In this document: piece after piece, positions 26,503 through 39,310 of the stretch
Numbering within the stretch: position 1 is the first letter of the stretch
Layout of the letters: each line of letters starts with the position of its first letter
NCBI RefSeq assembly: GCF_001194135.2
Contig: NC_068984.1
Coordinates: forward strand, 114,771,488 to 114,835,487
Length of the DNA stretch: 64,000 nt
From: Octopus bimaculoides
Lineage: Eukaryota
Reading direction: 5' to 3'
Notes under the pieces: model-generated
What the model was told of the DNA's origin: nothing
Database searches by the model: none
The model's input: the letters and a program-made list of their open reading frames with translations, nothing else
Program-made: the position numbers and the translations under genes

Positions 26503-26771
26503 CAGCTGAGTCTCTGGACATTTGTCAAAAGACTTTTCTGTAAAGACATTAACATCAGTTGATTTGTCTTTTTCACTTAACAAAGGACCCATCAATGAAC
26601 TGAGTGTTGTCGTTTCATCTTCCTCCTCATCATCCTCATCATCATCATCATCGTCGTCGCTTGGCTCATGGGCAGCATCAGGGTACTTGAGTTCAGAACC
26701 AGGAACACTCCGATCAGAATCACTTGCATCATCTTCTTCCTTAATAGATATGTCGCTTCCAGAGTCAGATC
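26503..26771 (-). CDS. PHF14: PHF14 exon 3, acidic low-complexity region (SDSGSDISIKEEDD...DDDDEDDEEEDE...CPETQL)
   Basis: ttctag acceptor and gtaaat donor, open frame, phase 1-0. An acidic tract is expected in this part of PHF14. Confidence 0.85.
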
Positions 26772-26808
26772 CTAGAAATAATTAATATCATATATAATTA
26801 TAAATAAA

Positions 26809-26841
<33 letters not shown>

Positions 26842-28565
26842 GTAATGAGTATGTAGGGATAAATTATCCAGGTGAGTACCATCATAGATCTCAGGTATAT
26901 TCCAGGTTCTAATTAACCACATCAAGTAGTAATAAACATTAATGATTGCTTAGTGTGAGCAATCATGCTGTAATTTTTTTGGTGGGTAAGTTCAGGTTTG
27001 CTTCTCTAGATTATGAATATTTTGAAGAGTGTAAATACAGAGACTGTACATCTNNNNNNNNNNNNNNNNNNNNNNNNNNNNNNNNNNNNNNNNNNNNNNN
27101 NNNNNNNNNNNNNNNNNNNNNNNNNNNNNNNNNNNNNNNNNNNNNNNNNNNNNNNNNNNNNNNNNNNNNNNNNNNNNNNNNNNNNNNNNNNNNNNNNNNN
27201 NNNNNNNNNNNNNNNNNNNNNNNNNNNNNNNNNNNNNNNNNNNNNNNNNNNNNNNNNNNNNNNNNNNNNNNNNNNNNNNNNNNNNNNNNNNNNNNNNNNN
27301 NNNNNNNNNNNNNNNNNNNNNNNNNNNNNNNNNNNNNNNNNNNNNNGTACCAGCTATGCACTGGGGGGGGTCAATGTAATTGACTTAAACCCTAGGTCTG
27401 TCCTTGTTTGTCCCCTATATGTTTAGTCCCCTGTGGGCAATAAAGAAATATATATATATATATATCAAGAGATAATATTTATCTCCACTTAAATATGGAT
27501 GTTCTATTAGAAGAAACTATACTGCAGTAGTTACCATGAGAGAAACTCTTATATTGGCTTTTGGTGTTTATATCGTTAGCATAGAAATAAATTCCCACCA
27601 CCTCCATATATACATCATACACATACACACACACGTGTGTGTGTGTATTTATTTCTGTACTTCTTCCTTTTACTCTTGCACTCTCTGTCAATGGTACCAT
27701 ATAACAACAAGAATTATTATTATAGTTAGGCTGGGCTTGTGCCAAAATTTGAAACCATTATTATGGCTATATGAATTATTTATCAATAATTATTAGTAAT
27801 GAACATTCATCTAACGACTCACACACATAAAAGATTATTGATTATCAATAACTGTGTACAAGGTCGGTGGTCAGTATCATCAGTCACCATATTTACTAGC
27901 CAAAACAGTGGACAATCAAGTCAACTCTAGTCTTGTAGTCTTTCCATTTCTTCCAAAGGTCATTTATCAATATTTTATATACCAAGTCTAAAGGGACATA
28001 ACAAAATACCAGTAAGAACTTATGCTTACCATTGCACCAGATCCCATTTTGTTTAGGACAAATAATGACAAAAAAAAAAAAAAAAAAAATTTGTGGCCAA
28101 TACCAGTGTCATGCAGCTGGCACATAAAAAGCACCCTTCAAATGTTGGGTGATATGCTGTGCTTGAGAAGACCCGTCAAGCCAAGTGAAATCATAGTTGT
28201 GGCCGATGCCAGTGTTGCATAACTGGTAACTATGCTGGTGACATGTAAAAATCACAGTTTCAAACATTGGGCCTCACACAAGCAGAGACAAGTGACCGAG
28301 ACCTTTGGTGATATACCATGCTGAGATCGTAGTCATGGCTGATGCCGGTGTTGTGTAACTGATACATGTGCTGGAGGCACATAAAAAGCATCCATTACAC
28401 TCTTGGACTGGTTGGCATTAGGAAGGGTATCCAGCTGTAGAAACCATGCCAAAGCAGATTGGAACCTGATGCAGCTCCCCAACTTACCAGTTTTCAGCCA
28501 AACCGTCCAACCCATGCCAGATGGAAAATAGATGCTAAATGATGATGATGATGATGATGATATAC

Positions 28566-28688
28566 CTTTCACATGTTTTTCAACTTCGAAGTCACTATCG
28601 TCTTCACTATCATCTAATCCTCCAAAATCTATCTGTATTAGGTGCTTTTGAACAGGTTTTACACGCCGTTTCCGAGGGTCCCGTTGAA
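28566..28688 (-). CDS. PHF14: PHF14 exon 2 (QRDPRKRRVKPVQKHLIQIDFGGLDDSEDDSDFEVEKHVK)
   Basis: tttttcag acceptor and gtatat donor, phase 1-1. Resembles the human PHF14 N-terminus DRSSKRRQVKP...DSSDDSDFKV. Confidence 0.9.
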
Positions 28689-29106
28689 CTGAAAAATAAT
28701 AACAAAATTTAGAAAATAAATAAGATTTTTACAAAATTAATAGAATGACATAAATATATACTTTATATACATATATACATTAATGCCTCGATATGCAAGT
28801 TAATTTGTTCCTGGAGACCGCTTGTAAAGCAGAGTAATAATTTCCCATGGTAGTAATGTTATAAATTGTAATTCGGTCTCCGAAAAATATTTTACCTATA
28901 AAATTTATAATATTCATAAATAAATGGCAATAAAACAACAATAAGATGTAAAGAATATTTTGTGTAAATAAAAAAGAATGTTAAGATCATTTATAATAAA
29001 AAATATTATTATTATAATTGTTTTCTGAATCACTTTCACTCGCACTAGACTTGCACATACCCTCTCACTTGTAGACGTGATCGGCAATTCACAAGCACTT
29101 GTAGAC

Positions 29107-29601
29107 ATCATGATCATCATCATCCTCGTTTAATGTCCGCTTTCCATGCTAGCATGGGTTGGACGATTTGACTGAGGACTGGTGAACCAGATGGCTACAC
29201 CGGGCTCCAATCTGATTTGGCAGAGTTTCTACAGCTGGATGCCTCCTGCAGTTGTCTTACTACAAATATAGTATCAGTGGTGCTTTTCCCTGGCACGAAC
29301 CCAAACTGCATCTCATCTAAACTGACTCTCTCCCTAATTAGTTGGGCTATGACCCTCTCCATGACTTTCATTACCTGATCCAACAACTTGATACCTCTGT
29401 AATTATTTGTATCTAAAGCGTCACCTTTACCTTTGTAGCAGTTGACTATGGTGCTGCTACTCCAGTCATTGGGTATGACTCCTTCGTGTATCACCTGGTT
29501 CGTAATATGGGTGACTAGGCTATAGCCGACACTGCCAGATATTTTGAGCATCTCTGCAGTGATTCCTGATGGGCCAGGGGCTTTCCCTGTCTTCATACTC
29601 T
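29107..29601 (-). mobile_element. RTE-clade LINE remnant: RT fragment joined directly to the element's 3' tail (internal deletion)
   Basis: MKTGKAPGPSG...NNYRGIKLL...MQFGFVPGKSTTDTIFVVRQLQE is typical RTE RT. It continues directly into the GCATCCAGCTGTAGAAAC...(GAT)n tail. Confidence 0.88.
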
Positions 29602-30149
29602 NNNNNNNNNNNNNNNNNNNNNNNNNNNNNNNNNNNNNNNNNNNNNNNNNNNNNNNNNNNNNNNNNNNNNNNNNNNNNNNNNNNNNNNNNNNNNNNNNNN
29701 NNNNNNNNNNNNNNNNNNNNNNNNNNNNNNNNNNNNNNNNNNNNNNNNNNNNNNNNNNNNNNNNNNNNNNNNNNNNNNNNNNNNNNNNNNNNNNNNNNNN
29801 NNNNNNNNNNNNNNNNNNNNNNNNNNNNNNNNNNNNNNNNNNNNNNNNNNNNNNNNNNNNNNNNNNNNNNNNNNNNNNNNNNNNNNNNNNNATACTAGCA
29901 GCTAAGCCCGGTTTCACCTAGTCAGTTTGGATGATGTGGCTATAAAACCTGCTCTGTGTAAGCACTCGACTTGTTTGGGCATGCTTACATTAAAAAACAA
30001 TTTTAGAATGACTTTTTTCTGTCAAAACGCTAAAAATAACTGACCAAGAAAAAAAAAAAAACCCCAAATACTAAGCAAAGATGAACCATCCCATAAATAT
30101 ACACACACACGTGTGTGTATGTGTGCATATATCAACTTATTTGTAATTC

Positions 30150-30870
30150 TCCTTATAGAAAGGTCCAGGTTATTCATTGTTTGATAGGCTCATGGAATTG
30201 CCCAGACATAATATTTTGTACAGCAGACTCTTCTTCCATTTCCTCAAAGCCTTTAACGTCTCTTGGAGGCACAGCTTCAAGCCATGCTGAGCTCCAAGCA
30301 GCATGTAAACAACATACTGAAACCTCCTTCCAAACAGCTACAATCATTAACACTGCTATTGAACTTATTTTTCAAATAGTCTTTTCGGGTCACATCATTG
30401 GAAGAAGTGGCCTGAATACATTTTCAAAAGAGAGTCTTTGTATAAAGTTTTTTTTTTGTTGCTTTTTTTACATTTGAAATGACCTGCTGGTACATGAGCA
30501 TAAGAGAGGAAGTTTTGTTGGTAGGTAGGAATAGCACTTTTACAAAACTAAAGTGTTCTGGTTATTGGTCCATCAAATAATGAGGGTAGGTTGGGTATTA
30601 TCCATGATTACTATGGCTAATAGGGGAAGAGTGTTGTCTGTGAGGTACTCATGCACAGTGGGGTAAAACACCTCAGATAACCAGTCAGCAAAAAGATCTC
30701 TGATCACTCAAACTTTGTGCTTCAACCACCACAAAACACCAAGGTAGTTCTTATAAACGTCTCTGAATGCTCTGGGGTTTTCTGAATGGTAAATGAAAAG
30801 ACGTTTTACCTTACAGCCCTCAGAAATAAGGTCAACAGGTCTTTCATCAGCCTGACTGAACTCTCCCACT
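30150..30870 (-). mobile_element. Degraded Tigger/pogo transposase C-terminal remnant in PHF14 intron 1
   Basis: Fragments FIYHSE.PRAF, FLPTNKTSSL...QQVISN, LYTKTLF and AVWKEVS...AWSSAW..AVPPRDVKGFEE. Confidence 0.7.
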
Positions 30871-31251
30871 TAATATTCCACAAAGCATCTTCGTTTGTGG
30901 TTCGTTAATCAAATTTTAGTTCATCATACGAGTTTAATTTTCTTTAGAAAAAACGTTCGTTATTCAATTTGTTCATTGGAGAACCGGTCATATATGTGAA
31001 CACAACAGTATATGTGTGGGTATTTTTTAATTGACAAATGTTAGAAAAGTGACTCAAGGGCAGAAAGTCTCATGCATGGTATCTATCAAAAGAAATTGTT
31101 AAGCCTTGACTTATTTTTGCAACTTTCTGAATACATACATACATAAACACACACACACGTGTTTGTACATGTTATATATATTCATATATGGGTTAGTGCC
31201 ATGCACGAAACTTTCAGCCTTTGAGTCAGTTTGTAACTTCTGTTAATTAGA

Positions 31252-31282
<31 letters not shown>

Positions 31283-31568
31283 TATTCATGTTTAAATATT
31301 CACACACATACGTACATATGTGTGTGTGTGTGTGTGTGGAGGTGGGGGAAGAAATAAAGAGATGTTCTGATGTAGTGTTTAACTTTAGAAATATTTAGAG
31401 AATTAACCGACTGAAAAATATTGGAGAATGGAAACTGAAACACACACACAAATGCGTAATCAGTAAATGTATAACTACAAAGCCGGTTTTTTTACATTAT
31501 GCAACATCTTTTATGGCCTATGTCTTCTAATTCTAGTAACCGCGTAAAACTAGTAGGGTTGGAACAAG

Positions 31569-31604
<36 letters not shown>

Positions 31605-32434
31605 CAATAATAAAGTCTGGAAATTTTAATCAATTTTCGATACTGCAGAACTTCATCTTTCAAGAATTACAAGGCTTCTTTTGATGCGTCAATGTTCTGA
31701 TTAGAAGCACCAATTGGACAGAATTTCAAGAAATTGTCTAATTGATAATAGCATCAGATCTTTTAAAAAATATCAGCATGATTAATAAAGGAAAATAATA
31801 TAAATCATAGAACAAAGGAATATAAGTATGTCCAGGAGAAATTATTTCTTTGGAACTGCAACAAGCTTCTTGTAATGTTGGACTTAGGTAACCCATGGCT
31901 GCGGGTGATTTATCAATCATGTGCAAACTTCAGGCCATTTTCATAAAGGCACAATCTGCTATTGCATAATTTTGTTGATTTTTTTTTTGTTTTTCTTTTT
32001 TCATTATTCGAAATTAACCAAATTCTTTAATAATTTTAGAAATCAAACTGAAAGTCAAGTAAAAGCGAAAAAAAAAATGTACTAATTTATTTCTCGAAAT
32101 GTGATAATCAATTAACAATATTTCAAACTGAAACACTAATTTCTACATTAAAAAAATCAGAACAAAACAATTTTCTATAGAGTTGGTCATAAAAAAAAAA
32201 GAAACAAGAAACGAACAAAAGGAAAGTTGTATGTGTTTGCTATAAGTTTATCTGTTTTGAGAATAGAGTTAATGATTAGCGAAAGAGGAGATTAGATGCA
32301 AAAACAGAAAGGCATTTCCAAGAAATAACCGGCTTTTACCAATTCCATTCCCAAATGTCACAGCAGAAAATTAGAGCCGAAATCCCGTGAGAGTAACAAG
32401 AGATGGATGTAAAACAAAGACATAAACTACTTAC

Positions 32435-32498
32435 GCATTGTTTTATATAAAAAGCCCACACTAGGGTCAACACCGTCTATACTTAAATCTTCAGACAT
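32435..32498 (-). CDS. PHF14: PHD finger protein 14, coding exon 1 (MSEDLSIDGVDPSVGFLYKTM+C)
   Basis: aaaATG start and GTAAGT donor. The phase-1 end joins exon 2 in frame to give MLQRDPRKRRVKP. Confidence 0.8.
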
Positions 32499-32842
32499 TT
32501 TATTAGCAATTTTCACAATTCCCAGTTGTTAATATTTTGGTTCAACACATAACATAGTGGTATACATAACCGGAAGTTAACCTCTATAACATCGGAGAAA
32601 AAAGACCTAAAATAATTATTTAAGAAAAAAATATATAAAGTCAACATATAAATAGAAAAAAATTAAATCATATCATAAATATTAATTTGATTAAATATTT
32701 AGTGCTCATAAAATAACTACTAATATTGTAGTTACTGCAAACCTTAAATCTACCTCCGGTCACTGATCTCATCTGTCGACGTTCGTGGAAGCTTCATCTC
32801 TGGTAAATTGTTCAAAGGGGAACTTTTGAATTTCAACTAACA
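32499..32842. promoter_or_regulatory. Putative bidirectional promoter and 5' UTRs of PHF14/NDUFA4 (344 bp between ATGs)
   Basis: Divergent ATGs. ETS-type CCGGAAGT at 32570-32577 and ZNF143-like ACAATTCCCAG at 32515-32525. Confidence 0.7.
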
Positions 32843-32884
32843 ATGAAAGGATTGAGTTTGCAGAGTCTGAAGACTCACCCATCT
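32843..32884 (+). CDS. NDUFA4: Cytochrome c oxidase subunit NDUFA4/COXFA4 (B12D family), coding exon 1 (MKGLSLQSLKTHPS)
   Basis: acaATG start and gtatgt donor after 14 codons (HPS|L), as in human MLRQIIGQAKKHPS|L. Confidence 0.88.
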
Positions 32885-35800
32885 GTATGTATCTTGGAAA
32901 CAGTTTTATCTTTGTTAACTATTTTCAGTTATTTTAATTTACCAAGGTCACTCCTCATGTTGATGATAATTTTAGCGAAGGAATATAACACTCATCTGTT
33001 TCTATCAAGAATTTTGTTTATCTCGCTATCGTTTTAGGAACATTTCCCCTTATTTTCAGAAAAAAAATCCCAATTAATATTTCCATTAATTAATAAGGTA
33101 ATAAAATTAACCATCTCACCTCCTCCTTTCCCTCTGTCCTTTACTTTCCCTCTTAAAAGATGTTTTATTTTACACTTCACGCAAAGTTTTTGTTATCTTT
33201 TAAAAGTGTTATAATTTTAATTCTGATTACGAAAACGTTTTAAAATGTTGAAAGCACTCCAAGATAGCATTTTCAACATGTGTTTATGTTGCAATATTAA
33301 TTGTTCTTTGTATGAATTTGTCCTAAAGTTGTTTACTTTAACCTCTTACTTCTGTGTCCTTCATGAAGGTTACTTTTGTTAAATATTTTACCTTTTATTT
33401 TCATTAATTTATTTTGGAGATGCTAGACTGCGGTCACATCCCCTGTTGTTTGTGTGTGTGTGTGTGTTTTTTTGCTTTTTAGATTAGTGGGTGTGGAGTA
33501 AATACTAACTCTCGGTTAAGATGGGATTGGTATGTTTCCAAATTCTAACAAAAGAAAATTTATTTAAAACTAGGCAAATGAAATTAACGTATGGCTTCGA
33601 TGGGAATTGCAAGATGCTACTGCTAATAATTTAACACAAGCATAGCTAAAGTCCCAATGGGTGGTTGCAAGGAAATATAAGAAAGTACAAAGTTCATCTG
33701 CAAACCAATTATTGGGTGTTGGTTACTGATGGTGGTGGTTTAACTCTAAATCAGCCATGATCACCCAGGTATATGATGAAAGAATCAAATAATACCGATG
33801 AAAGACCCTCCAGTGTGACCAAGCCGCCGTCTTTTGAAATAACCAGAGCTATATTGTCTCATCATTCTTTTCTTTTTTGAGACGTTAGTGTGTAATTTGA
33901 GTGAGAATTTGCTGGCGGCATATCAGGTGGGCGAATTATTTATTCTCAGCTGTTTATATGTCAGATGTCACCATTCCGTGTGTGTGTTGAAGGTTAGAAT
34001 CTTTTGAAAGGTTATCAAAGATTGTAAGACCTGAGTAGAGAGGATACATGTAATGACGCAATGTTATTGAAAACATTTTCTTGTGCAAGCATTCATTCGA
34101 ACTGCGAGATTATATAAGCATTTTTTAAAGAATTATTTTCGGTCTTTCGCCGATGTCAGAGACATTATAACAGTCTGCTGATGCAAGAGCATAGAAACAT
34201 TTTTAACTTTTAAGAACACATCTCAAAGATTGAAAAACCAAGCTGATTGCGACAGCGATGATATTATGTTTTTAGATAAAAGTTTCATTGTAATTGTCTC
34301 GATAATAGCAGTACTAGCTAATTAGAAAACTAAAAATGTAAATCTTAAGAACAATGAAAAAGAATTGTTACAAACACTGACCAATTTAAGATGAATGCCT
34401 TGAATATGAGATATCCAAATCACAAATAACGAGTGTAAGTGAACTTAAATCCAAGGCCATGAGATCATCATCGTCATCGTTTAAACATCCAGTTTTCCTT
34501 CACCTGTTTGCAAGTAGTGTGATATTTCCCCATTGCCAGACATTCTTTTGCAGAATATTAGAAATGACGGTCACCATTTCTGTAACAGTGACACCTGTGT
34601 ACAACTATCACTTGATGTCAAAATAAGGAGACCCTAGTACTCACACGTACATGTGTATATATATATATATATATATATTATCATCATCATCATCATCGTC
34701 GTTTAACGTCCGCTTTCCATGCTAGCATGGGTTGGACGATTTGACTGAGGACTGGTGGACCAGGAGGCGACACCAGGCTCCAATCTGATTTGGCAGAGTT
34801 TCTACAGCTGGATGCCCTTCCTAACGCCAACCACTTCGGGAGTGTAGTGGGTGCTTTTACGTGCCACTGGCATGAGGGCCAGTCAGTCGGGTACTGGCAA
34901 CGGCCACACTTGAAATGGTGTATTACGTGTCACCTGCACAGGAGCCAGTCCATCGGCACTGGCAACGATCTCGCTCGAATGTCTTTTCACGTGCCACTGG
35001 CACAAGTGCCAAGAAGGCAACGTTGGTAACAATCTACAGCCACGCTCGAAATATATATACACACAAACACACACACACACACACACACGTGTGTGTGTGT
35101 ATGTATGTATAACAGACTTCTTTCATTTTCTGCCAACCAAATTTACTTACATGGTTTTGGGCAGCTCAGGGCTATACTGGAAGACACTTGCCCAAAGTGC
35201 CTTCGCAGTGGCAGTGAATCTTAAACTAAGTGGTTGGGAAGCAAGCTTCTTAAACACATAACTGTGCCTATCTCTTTAGCCATTCCTGAGATATCAGCTG
35301 AAAATTGCTGGATTTTCTACAAATGAAGTGGAAAACTATTAAGTATTTTCCAAGACTATCAAGAAAGAACAAAGATGAATATTTTCATGTGTAAATAGTA
35401 CATTGTTAGCATCAGAGGTAGATATGAACTTAAACTTTTGAAAGAGCTTATGTGTGGAAAATTAAATTCTCCTGTGCTAATTTTTAAAATTTTCATTGAG
35501 AGTCCTGATTTACAGATCACCTTGTGATGAAGGAAAGATGAAATAGCATCCCAACCACATAGTTCTGGGTTCAGTCCCATTGCTTGGAATCTTCTACTTT
35601 AGTCCCATTTTGACCAAAGCTTTGTAAGTGGATTTGGTAGGCGGAAACTGAAAGAAGTCTGTGATATGTTTGTGTGTGTTTTAGTGTTTATGTTTGTTCC
35701 TCACCACTGCTTGACATTTGGTGTTGGTTTGTTTACATCCCCATAACTTAGTGATTTTGCAAAAGAAACAGTAGAATAAGTACCAGGCTTTAAAAAAAAA

Positions 35801-36155
35801 AAAAAAGCACTGGGGTTGAGTTGTTTGACTAAAAGCCCTTTAAGGTGGTGCCCCTGTATGGCTGCCATCCAATGATCAAAACCACCCTTGGTTCTTTGAT
35901 ACTAAATTTATCTAAATTTAAACCTATCAAAATTTCATGTGTTCCAAAATTATTTTCACTAAATTCGTCATTATTTTCAAAATTAATTGAAACAAAGGTT
36001 GTGTATTTCTACAGAAATCTGGTAACAATAGGGTTATCATCATCATCACTACTAGCATCATCATCGTTTAACATTATTTTCTGAAAAAAAAACGAAAATT
36101 ATTTTGATGTTTAATGAAATTAAGTAAACTAACATGTTAACTGAAAATTTTTCAG

Positions 36156-36244
36156 CTGGTACCTCTCTATGTGTTCGTTGGTGCTGGAATGGCGGGTGCC
36201 TTTTTTTACATTACAAGGTTAGCCACAAGGTCTCTTGATGTCAG
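36156..36244 (+). CDS. NDUFA4: NDUFA4 exon 2, transmembrane helix (LVPLYVFVGAGMAGAFFYITRLATRSLDV)
   Basis: ttttcag acceptor and gttagt donor, phase 0-2. Human has [29 protein letters not shown]. Confidence 0.92.
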
Positions 36245-37568
36245 GTTAGTAGTCTTTTACTTTATTTTTATTTTTTTAACACAACGCATGATTGCTATAT
36301 TAATGTGGTTATGAGTAAAATCAGTGTGTACTCATACTGGATTCCTGGAAGCAATATTATATTAGTACAGAGAGGTTTCTCATTTTGTGTTATGTCTTGT
36401 TTTACTTCTCTTCTTTTCAACAGTAGCATGACCTTGTAAAAACACAAGATTGGATTGATAAGTAGTTTATAATAATAATCATCATCATCGTTTAATGTCC
36501 ACTTACTATGCTGGTATGATACAGAGCTGAACCCGGAGCCATATATTTGGAAAGCAAGCTTCTTACAAGTGCTTTGATATGTTTAAATATATTGATATCA
36601 TATGCAGTCTCTTGAGAGCCTTTTTTCTGATTTACCAGTGATTATCCACTCTGATAGATGCTTACAGTAGTTGTAGCAAGCTGTTGTTGTGAAGCAGCTA
36701 TTTTTATGAATCGGTCTCCAGGAATACAACATCTTCAGGCTGTTTTATTTAAGAAAAATATCTTAGTATTTTGGTATTAATATTTCTTTGATGTAAAATT
36801 AGTGTTTCACTTGGTGGTACTTTCCATCACTTGCTCTCGTGGCCTGAAACCTCAACTGGTCATTAATATTGACCAAAATAAGAATGGCTCCAAATTTAAT
36901 TGAAACTCACTTTTTTTTTAATGTTTTTGACTATCCCATCACCCCACATGTTCATATATATATATTCATAAAGGCCTTTAACATATTCTGAAACAGGGTG
37001 TTGCTAATGTAGTATAATATAGTACATAGTACATAATATTGAAACACTACTTATCTCTGGAAATCCAAATCACAGTATCCTCTTTTGAGCAGTTTCTAAA
37101 CATCTTAACTCTTATGACCTTTCATCATATCTAGATTAAGATTTCTCAACTACAAAAAAATTTGGCCCCTGACATATCTGGCTCTTTATATAGTTTTGAA
37201 ATTCTGCACTATAGAATATTGATCCAAGTTTGGCAAAAAATTGAATACATGAAAAGGCTGTTGCTTGATAAGCAAACTTTCCATCACAAATTTTCTCTTC
37301 AGCCAACCCAGGCCATCTCAGCTTGAACATGTTATCTACTGGTACTCATTTTGTCATATTTCCTGCTCTTTATACCTTGGTCAAGCTTTCTTTAGAATTT
37401 CATCCTTCTCTTGAAATGTAACTATTTACAGCTTCTCATCTGTTATTATTGGTGATTCAAATTTACTCATTCATCATAGATTATAATCAAATTGAAGATA
37501 TGAAAATAATCATAAATTATCTTGTTTTGTAAGTTAACATTTTCTTTCTTCTTTGTATTCTCTAAAAG

Positions 37569-37626
37569 CTGGACAAAGAGCACTGAACTCCCATGGACTC
37601 AAGTGTCCCCTACACATCAGTATAAG
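37569..37626 (+). CDS. NDUFA4: NDUFA4 exon 3 (SWTKSTELPWTQVSPTHQYK)
   Basis: aaaag acceptor after a pyrimidine tract, gtaaaa donor, phase 2-0. Human has WDRNNPEPWNKLGPNDQYK. Confidence 0.9.
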
Positions 37627-37721
37627 GTAAAATCATTCTTTCTTTAACTCTGTTGGTACCAAGTTATCTGAAACCATCCTTGGACATTTTGATACAAATC
37701 TCTTGTTTTAAAGTGATCTAT

Positions 37722-38099
37722 AGGCGCAGGAGTGACTGTGTGGTAAGTAGCTTGCTTACCAACCACATGGTTCTGGGTTCAGTCCCACTGCGTGGCACCT
37801 TGGGCAAGTGTCTTCTACTATAGCTTCGGGCTGACCAAAGCCTTGTGAGTGGATTTGGTAGACAGAAACTGAAAGAAGCCTGTTGTATATATGTATATGT
37901 ATGTCTGTGTTTGTCCCCCCAACATCGCTTGACAACCGATGCTGGTGTGTTTACGTCCCCATAACATAGCGGTTCAGCAAAAAGAGACCGATAGAATAAG
38001 TACTAGGCTTACAAAGAATAAGTCCTGGGGTCGATTTTGTCGACTAAAGGCGGTGCTCCAGCATGGCCGCAGTCAAATGACTGAAACAAGTAAAAGAGT
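37722..38099 (+). mobile_element. tRNA-derived SINE family B, full-length, nested in a TTAA-type MITE
   Basis: Head GGCGCAGGAGTG...GGTTCAGTCCC, an internal (TA/TG)n spacer and a 3' half ending AAGTAAAAGAG. Other copies lie at 40358-40534 (+), 47405-47623 (+) and 49373-49708 (-). Partial or decayed copies are near 1520, 4580, 12510, 18850, 22620, 35110, 35570, 49870, 52130 and 56170. Confidence 0.85.
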
Positions 38100-38244
38100 A
38101 AATTAAATCCTTCCATCAAAATTTCATGTTAATTTATATTGCAAACATCAACTTAATAGTGACAAAGTTATTTTAATAATTTTTGATTATTTTAAAAATT
38201 AAACAAAGGTGGTGTGAGTGACCATAAACATGAGAACAAAAAGT

Positions 38245-38427
38245 TTAACCTTTTGGTGTTCTGATTACTCTGTCAAATGTAATGCTTATTTATTCATATT
38301 GTTTGAAATTAATCCTTCATTATCTTGTGGCTTAGAGATTTCAATGATGTAATTGCTTATTTTCAAAATAACATTGTAGGTAGGTGTGATAGGCCAGACA
38401 CAGCTGGTTTAAATGCTAAAGGGTTAA
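38245..38427. mobile_element. TTAA-flanked MITE family E (piggyBac-like ends); copies at 3870-4081, about 360-554 and about 17600-17803
   Basis: TTAA-CC(C)TTT...AATGCTAAAGGG-TTAA termini and a shared internal sequence. Confidence 0.7.
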
Positions 38428-38720
38428 TCATCAGAGACAAACTGATAGACATTTGTTTTTTCTGAGCAAAATGCTATTGTCCATCTCTGTTACTTTAGTT
38501 CTCCTAAATCTCAAGGATTGATTATCGGATTATCTGCAAATATAGCCTAGCAATCGATCTAGTGAGAAATTTCTCTCTCATCTGCTTATTAACTTAAAGT
38601 TGAAACCACACACTGGCTCTCTGAAAATTGTTTAGGAAATGCTTGTTATTTTTAACTATGCTAGAATTTAATACAAACAAAAGATTTTTGATGCTTAATT
38701 AAATTAGTTATTTATTAACA

Positions 38721-39310
38721 ACTAGCTGTTGCACCCGGCATTGCTTGTGTTTTGCGTGTTGAAGTTAAGCCCACCTCTGACTTTGTATTGAAATCTTCTA
38801 CGTTCTCTGTGCCAACTATTACTCATTAAGATGTTATATCTGGTTCAGCATAGATTTTACCTGGTTAATGCTTTTGACATACTCCTACATACTGGACCAT
38901 CTGAAATCGCAGTCAAACTTTTGGGTGTAGCTTGCCCTGTTGAGAGTGATGTTTGTTTATTTCTCTCCCCTTAATGCCACCCTCTGTACAAAATTGATCA
39001 ATGTGTCCACTCTCAGCACAATCTGAAGAAAAGTGTTAAGGTTATGTCAGAAAATAGAATCCATGTGACCATTTACATGAAAATATCCCATTGACTTTTA
39101 AATCTCAATGCATTATATGAATAATTGGTGATTCATATGTCGAAGTGCTTAATTTTATTCATGGGTCAATTTTCTTCATTATTTTATTGTGAGTGAATTT
39201 TGATGAGTTCTGCCTTTCACCAGTTTAATTTTAATTCTACCATATGACTCTGACCATAAACTTTACCTAAATGTCAAATTTCATCAAAATCTGATGATTT
39301 CTTAAAATCC
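38721..39310 (+). mobile_element. Possible decayed non-autonomous Helitron-like element
   Basis: 5' ACTAGCTGTTGCACCCGGC and 3' CAAATTTCATCAAAATC resemble Lep1-type Helitron ends; no clear hairpin seen. Confidence 0.35.

Noticed and set aside
26522-26785. Plus-strand poly-Ser ORF
   Set aside because: It is the antisense reading of the acidic PHF14 exon 3.
32740-32800. Minus-strand ATG AAG CTT CCA... as an alternative PHF14 first exon
   Set aside because: Its donor phase does not fit exon 2, and the 32435-32498 exon has a better donor and gives a homologous N-terminus. It probably lies in the NDUFA4 5' UTR or promoter.
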